Assembly: GCF_009914755.1 (NCBI RefSeq)
Contig: NC_060944.1
Length of the DNA stretch: 64,000 nt
Reading direction: 5' to 3' (one strand)
Source: the human T2T-CHM13v2.0 reference genome, Homo sapiens
Made by a program: the position numbers and the translations under genes. The notes beneath the pieces were generated by a model that was given only the letters and a program-made list of their open reading frames with translations, made no database searches and was not told where the DNA came from. Positions 26,480 through 39,779 of this stretch are shown here, in pieces. Positions within the stretch are counted from its first letter, which is position 1, and every line of letters begins with the position of its first letter.

Positions 26480-26930
26480 TAGGAACTACATTCAGCCACT
26501 AGTAAGAGATGGAAGGCAAGCAATGTGGGAGTTTCTTTCTCTTATACGTCAATCTGGAGGGTTCGGAGCTGGTGTGGAGACGCATGGTGTTCTCTGGAAC
26601 CCAAGTGCCTTCTGTCCTGCTGTCGCCCTGTCCTCAGCACACAGATTCCCTCCTCAAGGTCTTCTCATGGTCCAAGATGGCTGCTGTTGCTCCAGCCACA
26701 TCATCCGCATTCCATGCAAGAAAAGGGGATAAAGAGACCCTCTCAAATGCTTTCCCTGAAGAGAAAACAACTGCTACCTTCGCTTCATTGGCCACCCCAG
26801 CTGCAAAAGAGGCTGGGAAATGACATCTTTTAGATAGGCACATTGCCATCCCAATAAGATCAATGTTCTACTACTAAAGCAGAAGGATGGAGATGGAACT
26901 TGGAAAGCAACTAGAAATCTTTGTTGGGGG
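26480..26930 (-). mobile_element. MLT1J/K-like LTR
   Basis: ccaagatggctgctg...ccagccacatcatccgcattcca...cagctgcaaaagaggctgggaaatg. Confidence 0.65.
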
Positions 26931-26949
26931 CAAAAAGAAGCCATGTAAA

Positions 26950-27574
<625 letters not shown>

Positions 27575-28766
27575 TAGAGTGAGTGGCATCCCCGTTCCTG
27601 GTTTATCTCTGTGCCATCTCACGGTGGGGCAGACCAGGGGGAAGAAGAGAAGAAAGGAGAGGGAGTAGAGTTGGGAAAGGGCAGAGAGAGGGGAGGGAGG
27701 GAAGTGATGAGAACAAGCAGGAGGGTCTGGGAGGAGAGGAGAGGGGAGGAAAAAGAAGAGGAAAGAGTCCAGAGAGGCCGTGCTTTCTGCTAGGAATGGC
27801 TGGGAAGGACTTTAAAAGGAGCACAGGAGTTGGGTTTCCTCCAAAACACCCAGAGTCCTCGCCCACCCCCCACTCCTCCCTGCACTACCCCCCCCCCCAC
27901 CCAACCATCACCACCACCACCAAGAGCAAACTCTAAGAGGATCTCAGGTGTTTTCCTGGATCACAGAAGCCCAGGGAGCAGACCCCACAGCTAACACTGA
28001 CTCATGCCTCTTCCATGCCACCCCCTGCCCCTGTGCCCCAGAGCCTCCCTTGGTTCATTTTTGGCAATCCTTGGTTCCTACAATTCCTGCAGCTGCCTTG
28101 ATTCAAACTCCCTCCCCAACTCCACCCCAGGCTTAAGGGTGGACTGGATGGGAGCTGCAGGTCATGGCGGGGGTCGGGGGGGATCTCCAGCCAGTTACAC
28201 CCCAAGGAGATGGAAATCAAAGCCAATAGAAACTCCTGTTGTTCACCAGCCCCTTCAAACATCCTGCTTGGAGCAGATTCAGGCTCTGGAAAAGTTCACA
28301 GGAAATCCTGGAGATCAGATGCTTACTCAGCAACCACAAGCTTTATCTTGGGTCTGAGTCCCAGAAAACAAAGACAAAAGTTTCTTCTAAGACTCCCTTC
28401 TCCCTTCGCCAACTGGTGGAGCACCATTTCCAAATAAAGGGGCTCCAAAAGCAATTCTAAAGCAGAACTTGAAAGTCAAATCACATTCTCAAAGCTCGTG
28501 CAGTTAAAACACGGGTCAGATGCCCCCAGACAGAGTTCCCCAACCATACCAGAGAGGGTCCCCCCACAACCCGCCCTCCCACTAGCTGCAGAAAAGCAGC
28601 TAGGCTTGAGCCGTTCAATTCAGTAGCCATTAGGATTATGTGGTTCTTCAGCACCCAGTGTAGCCAAGGAATTGAATTTTTTAAGTTTAATAAACTTAAA
28701 CTTTAAAACTGAACAGTAACATATTTGTCCATGAAGACAACTTTATTGTTTTGTAGAACTACTTAC

Positions 28767-29577
28767 TGTATTCATTTCCAATTGCTACTGTGATGAATTA
28801 CCAGAAACCTTGTCACTTAAAACAACAGGCTCGGTACAGTGGCTCAGGCCTGTAATCCCAGCACTTCGGGAGGCTGTGGTGGGCGGATCACTTGAGTCCA
28901 GGAGTTCAAGACCCAACTGAGCAACATGGTGAAACCCCATCTCTATTAAAATTAAGAAAATTAGTAAGGCATGGTGACACGTGCCTATAGTCTCAGCTAC
29001 TTGGGAGGCTAAGGTGGGGAGGATGGCTTGAGCCTGAGAGGTCAAGGCTGCAGTGAGCTGTGCATTCCAAACTGGGGGACAGAGTGAGACCCTATCTCAA
29101 AAATAAAATAAAACAAAATAAAGCAACCCACACTTTTTATGTTACAGGTCTGGAGGTGAGAAGCTCAAAATGCGGCCTGCAGGCTAAAATGAAGGTGTCA
29201 GCAGGGCTGCACTCCTCTCTGGAAGCTCCAGAACAGAATCCCTTTGCCTTTTCCAGCTTCTAGAGACCATCCGCTTTCCTTGGCTCATGGCCCCTTTCTC
29301 CTCCTGCAAAGCCAGAAATGTTGAATCTCTCGGAATATCTACCATAGCCACAGCTCCATCTGACCACAGCCACAAAAGATTCTCCACTTTTAAGGACCAT
29401 TATGATTATACTGGGCCACCTGGATCAATGCAGGGTAATCTCCTCACTTCAAGATCGGTCACTTAGCAACCTTAATTGAATTTGCAACCCAAATTCTCCC
29501 TTCTGCGGTATAAAGTCACATATTCACAAGTTCCCAGGATTAGGTCATGGTTGGAGGCCATTCTTCTCGCTACCACA
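28767..29577 (-). mobile_element. MLT1D-like solo LTR nested in the hAT element
   Basis: TG...CA ends; aaggtgtcagcagggctgcactcc, ccttttccagcttctagag, cacatattcacaagttcccaggattagg. Confidence 0.85.
28828..29121 (+). mobile_element. AluJ nested in MLT1D
   Basis: Alu dimer with short deletion; degenerate TSD taaaacaaca / taaagcaacc. Confidence 0.9.
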
Positions 29578-30250
29578 TTGCAGTTCACTGTAACCTTTGC
29601 ATCAAATTGGGCATTACTGTGAGTTCTTGTGCAAGTGTTGGGCAAGTGTACCATTTCTAGCATCTCACATAAACACATCACCCACCTAGTTGGTGTCAAT
29701 GGATTGGTTCCAGTGGGATGATTATTTTTCTGTGGACAAATGTAACATTGTAATATGTTTATTTAAATATATTATGCAGACTTACAAGTTACAGCGATAT
29801 CTGTGTAATTAAATTGAAATTCTTATTATTTTGACTTTGATATAAACTGTTTTTCTAGTTTCAAAAAATAAATATGGACAAAATTTGAGATTTAAAATAC
29901 AGGAATGGTACTGATACAGAATCAAATGGAGATGCAGAACTATAAAGAAAACCAGAGATACCACAAATTTCATGGTGAGTGGCAATTATAGTTTGTTTCT
30001 GCAGGAAGAAAACAAATAGCTTTTTATCTGTTGGATTAAAGATAATAAAATGAACACTAGTCACAGACATTCTTATCAAATACATAATGAATTTGAAAAT
30101 ACGTTTTCTTTCAATAGTCAGAAAGAATCAACAAAACAAGTCAACTAAAATCAGAAGGAAATGGCCAATAAAAAAATTGTAATGAATTTTCACTTCGTAA
30201 CTTTGGCCAGCTAGGAAATAGTTAGAATGCTTGCTCAGAAGAGGAAAAAC

Positions 30251-30734
30251 TTTTTTTTTTTTTTTTTTTTTTTTTTGAGACAGAGTCTTGCTCTGTTGCC
30301 CAGCCTGGAGTGCAGTGGTGCGATCTCGGCTCACTGCTAACTCCGTCTCCCAGGTTCATGCCATTCTCCTGCCTCAGCTTCCCGAGTAGCTGGGACTACA
30401 GGTGCCCACCAGCACGCCTGGCTAATTTTTTTTTTTTTTTTTTTTTTTTTTTTGAGACAGAGTCTTGCTGTCACCCAGGCTGGAGTGCAGTGGCGCGCTC
30501 TCAGCTCACTGCAGGCTCCACCCCTCCAGGTTCACGCCATTCTCCTGCCTCAGCCTCCCGAGTAGCTGGGACTACAGGTGACCGCCACCACGCCTGGCTA
30601 ATTTGTTTGTATTTTTTAGTATAGACAGGGTTTCACCGTGTTAGCCAGGATGGTCTCGATTTCCTGACCTCGTGATCCGCCCGCCTCGGCCTCCCAAAGT
30701 GCTGGGATTACAGGCATGAGCCACCGCGCCCGGC
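30251..30734 (-). mobile_element. AluY plus extra right arm (trimeric Alu)
   Basis: Full AluY 30425-30734 and second right arm 30251-30425; single TSD aagaggaaaaac at 30239-30250 and 30735-30746. Confidence 0.9.
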
Positions 30735-32924
30735 AAGAGGAAAAACATTTTTAAATGGAGACTTTTGAAAAAAATTATTTCAGTATAAGAATTTTGTTAC
30801 AGTATAAAGAACAGACTAAAAAATTTTTTCTTGAAGAGTATAAGATCTTCACTTAAACCAACAAATGACCATCGACTCAAAATCTTTTTGAAAATATCAA
30901 AAATAAATTGATTATTTGAAAAACTTAAAATATTTTAGCCTCAGATAGTTGCACTGCCCAATTAACACTTTGAGTAAATTTCATCTCAAAGGATTTTCAA
31001 ATTTAAGAGGGAATGTTGTCCATTCACGGCTTAAAACATTGAACTCATGGCATAGATAATTTTGTATCTTCTACATCTGTCAAAGAAGAATTTCAGCTAG
31101 AAATGAGAAAATTAGTTTCTATCATGACAGATCAGCTATCTTAGATCAAAAATCCAGATTTGCTGGAATATTGAAAGAAGAGACTGCTATTTCCCTTAAT
31201 GCTTCATTCCACAGTATGGTACATATTAAAAACATTTGTGTCCAGTCTTCTGAAACAGACTCTAGGAAGTGCCATGGATATAGTGGTTAAAATCATTTAG
31301 TATTTTTATGTGCAAGGGCTATGAATCATCATGACTTTATGGCTGAAAATAGAAGACAACGAATTTAATGATGTTGTGTTCTTTCTTTGCTCATTGGCTG
31401 AGTTATGAAAGAGTTTTACAAAGATTTACTGTGGTGTTGACTTGAATTCAAGATTTCTTTGAAACAAAGGACATACTTGCCAAATATGCAATCAAAGACA
31501 AAAACCCCCGCCAGTTTGGTTTAACGTTTTCTCACTATTTTCACACACATATGAAAGAGCTAAATTTGAAGCCCCAAAGAATGAAAGAGTTTATCAGTGA
31601 CCTAGTCAGATGGGTAGACGAATTTATGCCAAAATTTGAACCTTTCATAATGCAAATCAATAATAATGATTTTCACATTTTTCCAACACAAATCAATATG
31701 TAGATTTTCATTGTAATTGGCAGCATTATGTAAATTGGCTGCAAAAGCTATCAGAAAAATTTGAAGAACATTTGGTTAATATTGATAAATTTTGAGGGTT
31801 TTTTTTTCAAATTTATGTGATGTCCCCTTTGCATTCAAGGTTAATAATACTGAGTTATCACAAGAGTTAGTTAATTTACTTAACTTGGATAGTTTGGAAA
31901 CCGATATGCTTTGGCTTCAAAGTCAAATCACTTCTTCTAAACAACAAGATGAACCAGTTTTGGCAATGTGCATGGGAATGTTAAAGGAAAATGGTTTTTT
32001 TATGCACAATTCCAAACTTTAAATATGTTTGGAACAACATAAATATAGGAATCCACGTTTTCAATTGTCGATTTCAACTTTACAAAATCTAAATATTGAT
32101 CAACTATTTCTGATGAAAATATAGTGGCTAAATTGAAATGTGCTATAACTGTAACATACACCGGATTTCAAAGACAGACAGAAAATATAAACTATGTTAT
32201 CAATAATCTTTAAATTATTATATATTGATATGACAATATTTTGGATATAGATAAATTTTAAAAGTTAATTTCACCTGTTTCTAATTTTTTTGTCATGGAT
32301 ATTAGAAAATGCAGAATTATATGGTGGCTCACATTATATTCCTATTGAACCATGCAGAATTAGACTTTCTTTTCAGAGAAACTGAAGCTTGCAAAAAGAT
32401 GCTCTTCTTTCCTTTGATTCTTCATTTCCATGCATCCAAGTCCATTTTAATAAAGCTTACAAAATGATGACCAAATCTATCAGCAAATTTGATTTCATCC
32501 ATGTTAAGTGTAAAAAAAGGTACTCATTGTTGGCATAGAAAAACTCAGAAATTACACGAAACGTTCAATTATTGGCCCCCCTTTAAAAAGTCAGGTCTGA
32601 CCAGCTTGGGCCCGTATTTCCAAGTAGTGATACCTGCCCAGGGCCCATCTGCCCCTCCCTTGCCCAATGTGGTTGTTTGCAAGCCAGTTTATCACAGTTG
32701 AGTGTTCAGAGTCAATTTTCCATATTTATAACATTAGAGAAAGTCATCTATGATCTCCCTAGATTTTTAAATATTTTCTTGTCATTTTAAAAATATTATG
32801 CATACTTGTGATGGTAAATCTTTTCTCATTTTTTATGATGCAAATATTTGTTTTATTCTTTTTATTGTACAAACGTATGAGGTGGTTGTCTATTTTATTT
32901 GTCTTTTGAAATAAGCAACTATTT

Positions 32925-33054
32925 TGTGTTTGTTTGCTTAGAGACAGTCTCACTATGTTGTTTAGGCTGGCCTTGAAGTTCTGGGCACAAACAATCCTTC
33001 TGCTTCAGTCTCTCAAGTAGGTGGGACTATGTGCACTCACCACCCTGCTCGGCT
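32925..33054 (-). mobile_element. FLAM (fossil Alu monomer)
   Basis: gagacagtctcactatgttg...gtgggactat...caccaccctgctcggct; degenerate TSD tgaaataagcaact / tgaaataatcaact. Confidence 0.75.
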
Positions 33055-33414
33055 TCTGAAATAATCAACTCTTTATTTTACTTATCAACTTTACTATTTT
33101 TCCTAATAAATTTCTGCTTTACTCTCTAATAATACAACTTTCTGTTTTCTGCTTTATTTATAGTGTTTTCTATACTCTTTAGTTTAATTATTAGTCATTC
33201 ATAGCCCCTCATTCTTAACAATAAAAGAATTTTGGGATATAGATTTTCCTCTGAATATGGCTTTGGCTACATCCAAGATGTTGCTGTAATATATCAATAT
33301 TTGATAAATAATATTGATATAAAATTTAAGTTTCTATTTTCTCCTTGATTTAAAAATTATTTAGAAGAGTATGCTTTAAAATTTCCCAGTGAAATTATCA
33401 ATTTGTTAGAGAAA

Positions 33415-33770
33415 GGACAGTGGTGAATTCATACAAAGGAGCACTATGCAGCAATAAACAATGGGACTGATATACACAACAGCATATGTGAATGTCGCCA
33501 ACACTATATTGAGTAAAGGAAGCTGACACAATAGACTACAGGCCATATAATTCCATCTGTGAAAGATTCAAGAGCAGACAAAGCTAATCTATAGTGACTG
33601 CAGTCGGAATAGTACAGCGGTTGCCTCTTGGAAGGAGGCATTAGCTGCGAAGCAGTGCATGGGAAGCTTCAGGAGGTGTTCTGGGTGGCTGTACATGTGC
33701 AAAAATTCACTCAGGTGTATACTTAACACTGTGCACTTTACAGTACAGAAGATGTGCTTCCATTTTAAGA
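33415..33770 (+). mobile_element. L1ME/L1MC 3' UTR fragment
   Basis: actatgcagcaataaa...aaagctaatctatagtga...aaaattcactcagg...tgtgcacttta. Confidence 0.75.
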
Positions 33771-33874
33771 ATCTAGTTTTCTTACAAATATCATAAAGCA
33801 TTATTGGCAGAAAATTTGGCCCGTAAGTTACATCCTTTCCAGAATTTGTTAACATTCTCCTCTTGGCCAGAGTA

Positions 33875-34420
33875 ATGGACTCTGTTGGTTCCTATTCAGC
33901 ATCCTTCTCCCCTTCCTCCTTCCCCTCCCACCCCTGACACTACTCCAGATCCCCTCCCTCCACACAGCCCGTGGGGAAGCGGAGCCTGCCCCAGCTCCCC
34001 GGGTGGGACTTGAGTGGTCTTGGTCAATCATGACGATTCGATCTGTCTTGCCCATGGCTTCCAGGTGAAACCAATCTGTGCATTGTCTTGGGCAACTCTT
34101 CTTGATTCAAGGGTGGGCGTTTGATATCAGTAACCCAATCTGACTAAAGAGAAGGACTTTTATTGCATGGTTGAAGAAATTCCTTTTTTTCTTCCAGTGG
34201 AAGAAAACAAGGGAGGCCCTGTCTCAGTTGCTCCACCTCACCACAGCCAGCCTTAAGAGAGAGGCCGAGGGCCCCTGCTGGTGCCCACCCTGGTGCCCAC
34301 CCTCCCTTGACCTCCTGGACATGGGTTTCTACATTTCCCCATGACTTAAACTGCCTGAGTCAGAGTTTCTGTTTGTGGCAGTAAATAATCTACTTGTGAG
34401 CCAAGAACACGACTAATATC
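33875..34420 (+). mobile_element. Old MLT1 (K/L-like) LTR
   Basis: ttggtcaatcatg...cccaatctgac...tgagtcagagtttctg...actaata. Confidence 0.5.
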
Positions 34421-35199
34421 AAAAATGTTCCGTGCGCCCAGGAGAAGAATGGGGCTGTTTCTTTGGAACAGAGTTGTATTGACATTTCATAAATCAAGCT
34501 TGTTCATTGTGTTGCCCACATTCCTTATCTGCTTATTTGTCCACGTGACCTATCCAATTATGAGAGGGGAAAGTCAAAGTCTATTGCTATGATTGGGGCT
34601 TTGTCGAGATGGTGCATTATAGTCTTTGCGCCCAGTGAAACATTTGGCCGATTAAGATTTGGGCCCGCTATGTCTGCTCGGTGGATTATAGATTTTGTCA
34701 GTAGAAAGTATTCCTCGGCTTACCATTTCCTGCCTGTGGCCTTCAGTTTTGCTTAATCTCATTGTCACATTTCATCCCTGCTTTCGGCTCCCCTCATGTT
34801 GTCCCACTTACCAGAGCTCCTTTCTTTATTATGAACCTTTCTGGGTCAGGTTATTTGGGCTGTGTCTTGTGAACGGTTTAGAGTTGGCTTTTGCTTTTTA
34901 AGTCAAATCTGAGAGACTATATCTCCACCTGTTTGATAATATATGTTTACCATCTTTTTTTTATTATTTTTTTCCTTTTTTAAAATTGCATTGAAGTTAG
35001 TTTTCATTTTCTCCCATTTTCCTCCTGGACATTGGCAGTTTGATCGCCGCTGGCCTTTAAAACTTTACCAAACGTATCTAAATCTATGGTTCTCTGTTGC
35101 TATCAAAAAGTTTTGAAGATTTATTTCTTTCGTACTGTCCCCTAAGGCAAGCCCTCTGGAAGCTTCCCAAGAAAATCGTTTAAAAATGGCCCCCTCCTC

Positions 35200-35795
35200 T
35201 CCAGATTGTCAATTCCTACCCTCTTCCCTGATTTACTTTCTCAAAAAAACTTATGGCCAACTGGCCTGCTGTAGGTTACCTTATTTTTTCTTGTTGTTCT
35301 TTAAAATTTTTTTTATTTTTCTAGATTTAGGGGCTACAAGTGCGATTGTTACATGGATATAATAATGCACAGTGGTGACATCTGGGCTTTTCATGTACCA
35401 CACCCAAATAGGCACCCCACAGGTAATTTTTCATCCCTCATCCATTCCCCACTCGTCCACACTCCCCAGTCTCCAGTGTCCATTATTCTGCTCCATATGT
35501 CTGTGTGCACACATCGCTTAGCTCCCACTTATAACTGAGAACATGTGGTTTTTGACTTTCTGCTTCCAAGTCATCTCACATTGAATAATGGCCTCCAGTT
35601 CCATCCACGTTTCTACAAAAGACATGATTTCTCTATTTTTTATTCAATTGCCTTATTTTGTTTGCTTTCTCTCCACACTAGCTCCATGAGGGTGAGAATA
35701 TCTATTTTTTTCAGAGCCTGTTATAGCCCCAGGGCCCGGCATAATGCCTAGCACATAGTAGGTGTTTTATAAGCATATGTTGAATAACTGAATGC
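35200..35795 (+). mobile_element. L2 3' end split by L1PB
   Basis: agctccatgaggg...gcctagcacatagtaggtg...tatgttgaataactgaatg. Confidence 0.7.
35290..35645 (-). mobile_element. L1PB-like 3' end
   Basis: gttacatggatata...ttagctcccacttataactgagaacatg...aataatggcctccagttccatcca; TSD ccttatttt at 35279 and 35651. Confidence 0.85.
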
Positions 35796-35909
35796 CTTTT
35801 CTTCTCTCTTCCCAGGTTATAAGCCATGTGGAATTTCAATCTCAAGATATTAATAATTTTTTATTTGTTTATGTAACTTATAGAACAAGCTACAAGGTCA
35901 GTACAAGCA

Positions 35910-36020
35910 CTATAACCATTTGGTAGATGAGAAAACTTAAACTTAAAAAGGTTACATCATTTCAAGATGGCATAGCTTAGAAATGACCAGGGTGAGACTT
36001 GAACTCACATCTGCCCAATA
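35910..36020 (-). mobile_element. MIR fragment
   Basis: agatgagaaaact...aggtta...gacttgaactcacatct. Confidence 0.55.
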
Positions 36021-36149
36021 GTAAAGTTTGCCTTCTTACCCTCCGTGTCTGGATCACACATACACCTGGCATTGTAAATGCTTTCTTGGCATTACCTCCC
36101 AGCTCAGGTGGGGAAAACACGGGGTGAGGCCCGTGAAACCATCCTGACC

Positions 36150-36425
36150 GATGCTACCCCTTCCTCAGAGTCCAACTCGAATGCCTCCTCCTCAGCGATA
36201 CTGCTTCAGGTCCCGTCGGTGAGAATAAATCTGACCTTGTTACCTTTTCTTTGTTGCCTTCATCAACTTCTGACTTACATTACAGCTGTGTGAGCATCAT
36301 CCGCTCACCAACTAAACCGTGTCCTCCATGAGGGGCCCCATCTAATGCCTCTGTCTTGCCCACTGCACCAGGGGCAGTACCTGGCATACAGTAGGCACTC
36401 AAGCAATGCAGGTGAATTGAATTGC
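36150..36425 (+). mobile_element. L2 3' end
   Basis: cagtacctggcatacagtaggcactcaa...tgaattgaatt. Confidence 0.7.
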
Positions 36426-37209
36426 TGAGGTGTAATACCAATGGCCCTGGCCCATCCAGACCAAGATCTACCTCCTCCAGGGAGCCTTCCTGGACTACTT
36501 CTAGCCGAACCCCAGCTCTCTTTATCTGGCCTTTAACTGATGTGAAATTTAATTCCATGAATTGTAGTGTGTGGTTGTTCTTGGATGGAAGAAGAAACAC
36601 CAACCAAATAAAAGAGTCTGACTGCAAAGCCCCTGGAGAAAGGAACAATGGATGCCCGGGAACATCGTCTCTCAAGTGCTGTCCCCTTGTGGCCAGAGCA
36701 TGGAATTCCAACCAGCAGGCAACCAGCTCTAAAGCTAATTACTCTGATTTCCTTCCCAGCTAGCCAGCCCAATGTTGGGCCAATGAATCATTAGACATCA
36801 TTACATTCTTTAAAAATCCCTACTACTGTTCACCTGGAGTTCCCCGCCGTACTTAGAGTTGCCCATGTCTGATGCAGCTCAATTGCAAACCAACCAGTGT
36901 CTGTATCTGTAGCATCTGTGATTGTGACTTCAAATTTGCCACTCATATTTCAAAGTGCTCTTTGTTTTCTGGGAGATACAATAGTGTGGGGGCAGCTACA
37001 GTTCCTGTATCCGTGAGATTACATGTTAGTGGGGGATACAGGTACTAAACCAGTAACCCCAGAAGCAAGCAAGCTCATTATCGTGAGTTGTGAAACCTGC
37101 CGTTGACTACAGAAAGCAAGGGATGTCTTGACTGCCCTAAATCATGGTGCTCTCCATTCTCCTCTCTGATGGGAGGCTGGATCTCAGTCAGATCTCCCTG
37201 GGAAGAGAG

Positions 37210-37430
37210 GTCAGTACTGAGCAGTTCAGAGCCCAGACTCGGGGGGCAAACTCTAATCCTTGTTCTGCCTGTTACAATTTATTTGACCTTGGGGAAGTTA
37301 TTCTGAAAAACCAGAATATCCTGATTTGCATAATGAAAATAATAATAATGCCCACCTCATAAGGTCCTTCAGAGTAGAAAATGAAATCTTACTTTAATGC
37401 CCAGGGAGCACTGACTAAGTGTAGCTCCTA
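37210..37430 (+). mobile_element. MIR SINE
   Basis: tgaccttggggaagtta...aaaataataataatgcccacctcataagg. Confidence 0.7.
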
Positions 37431-37619
37431 TTTGACTCATGTGCACCCGCGGTGCTGCATGGAAGGAGCTGGTCTGGATCCTTTCTAACTGGCCCACTAG
37501 CGTTTATGTGCAGACGGGTTGTGTTCTACAAGGGCAGGGTAACACCTGCAAACCCCCGTCCTCTCTGGAGGGTTGGTAGGTCAGCACTAAGGACAGTGCC
37601 ATGCATGAGGAGACATTAT

Positions 37620-38110
37620 CAGTGTCCTGCCCAATATCCAGATTCCTTCTTCTTGGAGAACAAGTTCCAAGCTGGATTCGGGTAGTAAAGGCCCACATGG
37701 GCCATGATCTGTCTAAGCTGATCCGAGATCCTGCTTCCCTCTTTCCCAGCCTCCCTGGCAGCTGGGAGTGGCCATGTAACTCAGTTCTAATAAAAGTCTG
37801 ATGGTAGCTTTTCTGGGAAAGCTTTTTTCTGTTAAAGGAGTGATGGGCCTAGCACAGCTCTTCCCCTTTCTTCCACCTTGAACTCAGATGTGATGCCTGG
37901 AGGTATGGCCATCCTCATGTGACCCTGAGGCAACAAGCATGAGGAAGGAAAGCCAATATGCTCAGAAGGGTGAAACAAAAGATAGGAAAGGCCGGATCCC
38001 TGAGGATGTGCTGGGCAACCGAGCCCAGAACCAATAGCCCACCTATCCACGGCCTCGCTGTGTGAGGCAGTCAGGGCAGGCGGATTCTCCAGGGCCTGCA
38101 GTGGAATGCA
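37620..38110 (+). mobile_element. MLT1J-like LTR
   Basis: cccagcctccctggcagctgggagtggccatgt...ttctgggaaagctttt...gatgtgatgcctggagg...tgaccctgaggcaacaagcatgagga. Confidence 0.7.
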
Positions 38111-38493
38111 TCTTCAGGGATTTGCTTTGCGTGGCCCTTAAGCATCAGGTCTCATCTCAGGTTCTCAGCCTGTAGCTGAACACATCTTCAGGGATTTGCT
38201 TCGTATGGTCTCAAGTATCAGGTCTCATCTCAGGGACCTTTCTCAGAATGGCCCTTCCCTCTCAGGACCAATTCCAAGCCAGAGGAGAAGGTCATTCTTC
38301 TCTATTTGCTCAGAGAGTGGATGGACCATTAAGAACAGGAAACTTCTTATCAAGAGGGAACCTATCAGCCTAGACGTTTTCTACCTTCCCAGGTCCTGCA
38401 TTGGACCAACCTGAAAGAAGATATCAGGGAAATTAAATATGGTGCTCTCATCCCTGCCCCCACACCAAGATTCATGATTGGAAACACAGCATA

Positions 38494-39368
<875 letters not shown>

Positions 39369-39779
39369 AGTTTATTACTTTTAAAAATTCATGGTGGTTG
39401 GCCAGCCACAGGAGCTGCAAAATTCCTAGAGCTGGAGGGAGCCATGCTGCAGAATTGTATTGCTATCATGCTTCAGAGGGGTAGGGTTAGCATACCCAGA
39501 GGGGCAGCCGAATCCCATGTGTCCTTCTGGTGTCATCACACCCAAACTCCCAGACTGCACTCCAGTGTGCTCCGTATCATGCCCTCAACTCCCTTCGCAA
39601 ATCAGCCCTGGTCTCTGTCCTTGCTGCACTGGGCCATCCTTGGCTAGAGATACAGAATTCTTGGCCCCCAACCCAGTCCCAAACCTGACCCTCCCCAGCC
39701 CCATTACCATAATGGGCACCAGTACCTGCCACCCAAGAGTGGGCTGAACCACCCTTGAACCCCCTTAACCTCCCCACTA

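Larger units (their letters stand above)
28606..32357 (+). mobile_element. Near full-length hAT DNA transposon fossil (Charlie5-like, MER33-type right end), interrupted by MLT1D plus Alu and by a trimeric Alu
   Basis: Imperfect TIRs (ttgagccgttcaat / attgaaccatgcag); degenerate 8-bp TSD agctaggc / aattagac; transposase motif remnants KLVSIMTD (~31110), FHSMVH (~31205), HWLSYERVLQRF (~31393) and dimerisation-domain MFGTT*I*ESTFS...KSKY*STISDEN (32026-32120). Confidence 0.85.
32750..35050 (-). mobile_element. Fragmented old L1 ORF2 (pieces ~32750-33400 and ~34420-35050), interrupted by FLAM, L1ME and MLT1
   Basis: ttttcctctgaatatggctttggctacatcc, atttagaagagtatgcttt, aatgttccgtgcgc...gagaagaat, gagaggggaaagtcaaagtct. 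Confidence 0.6.
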
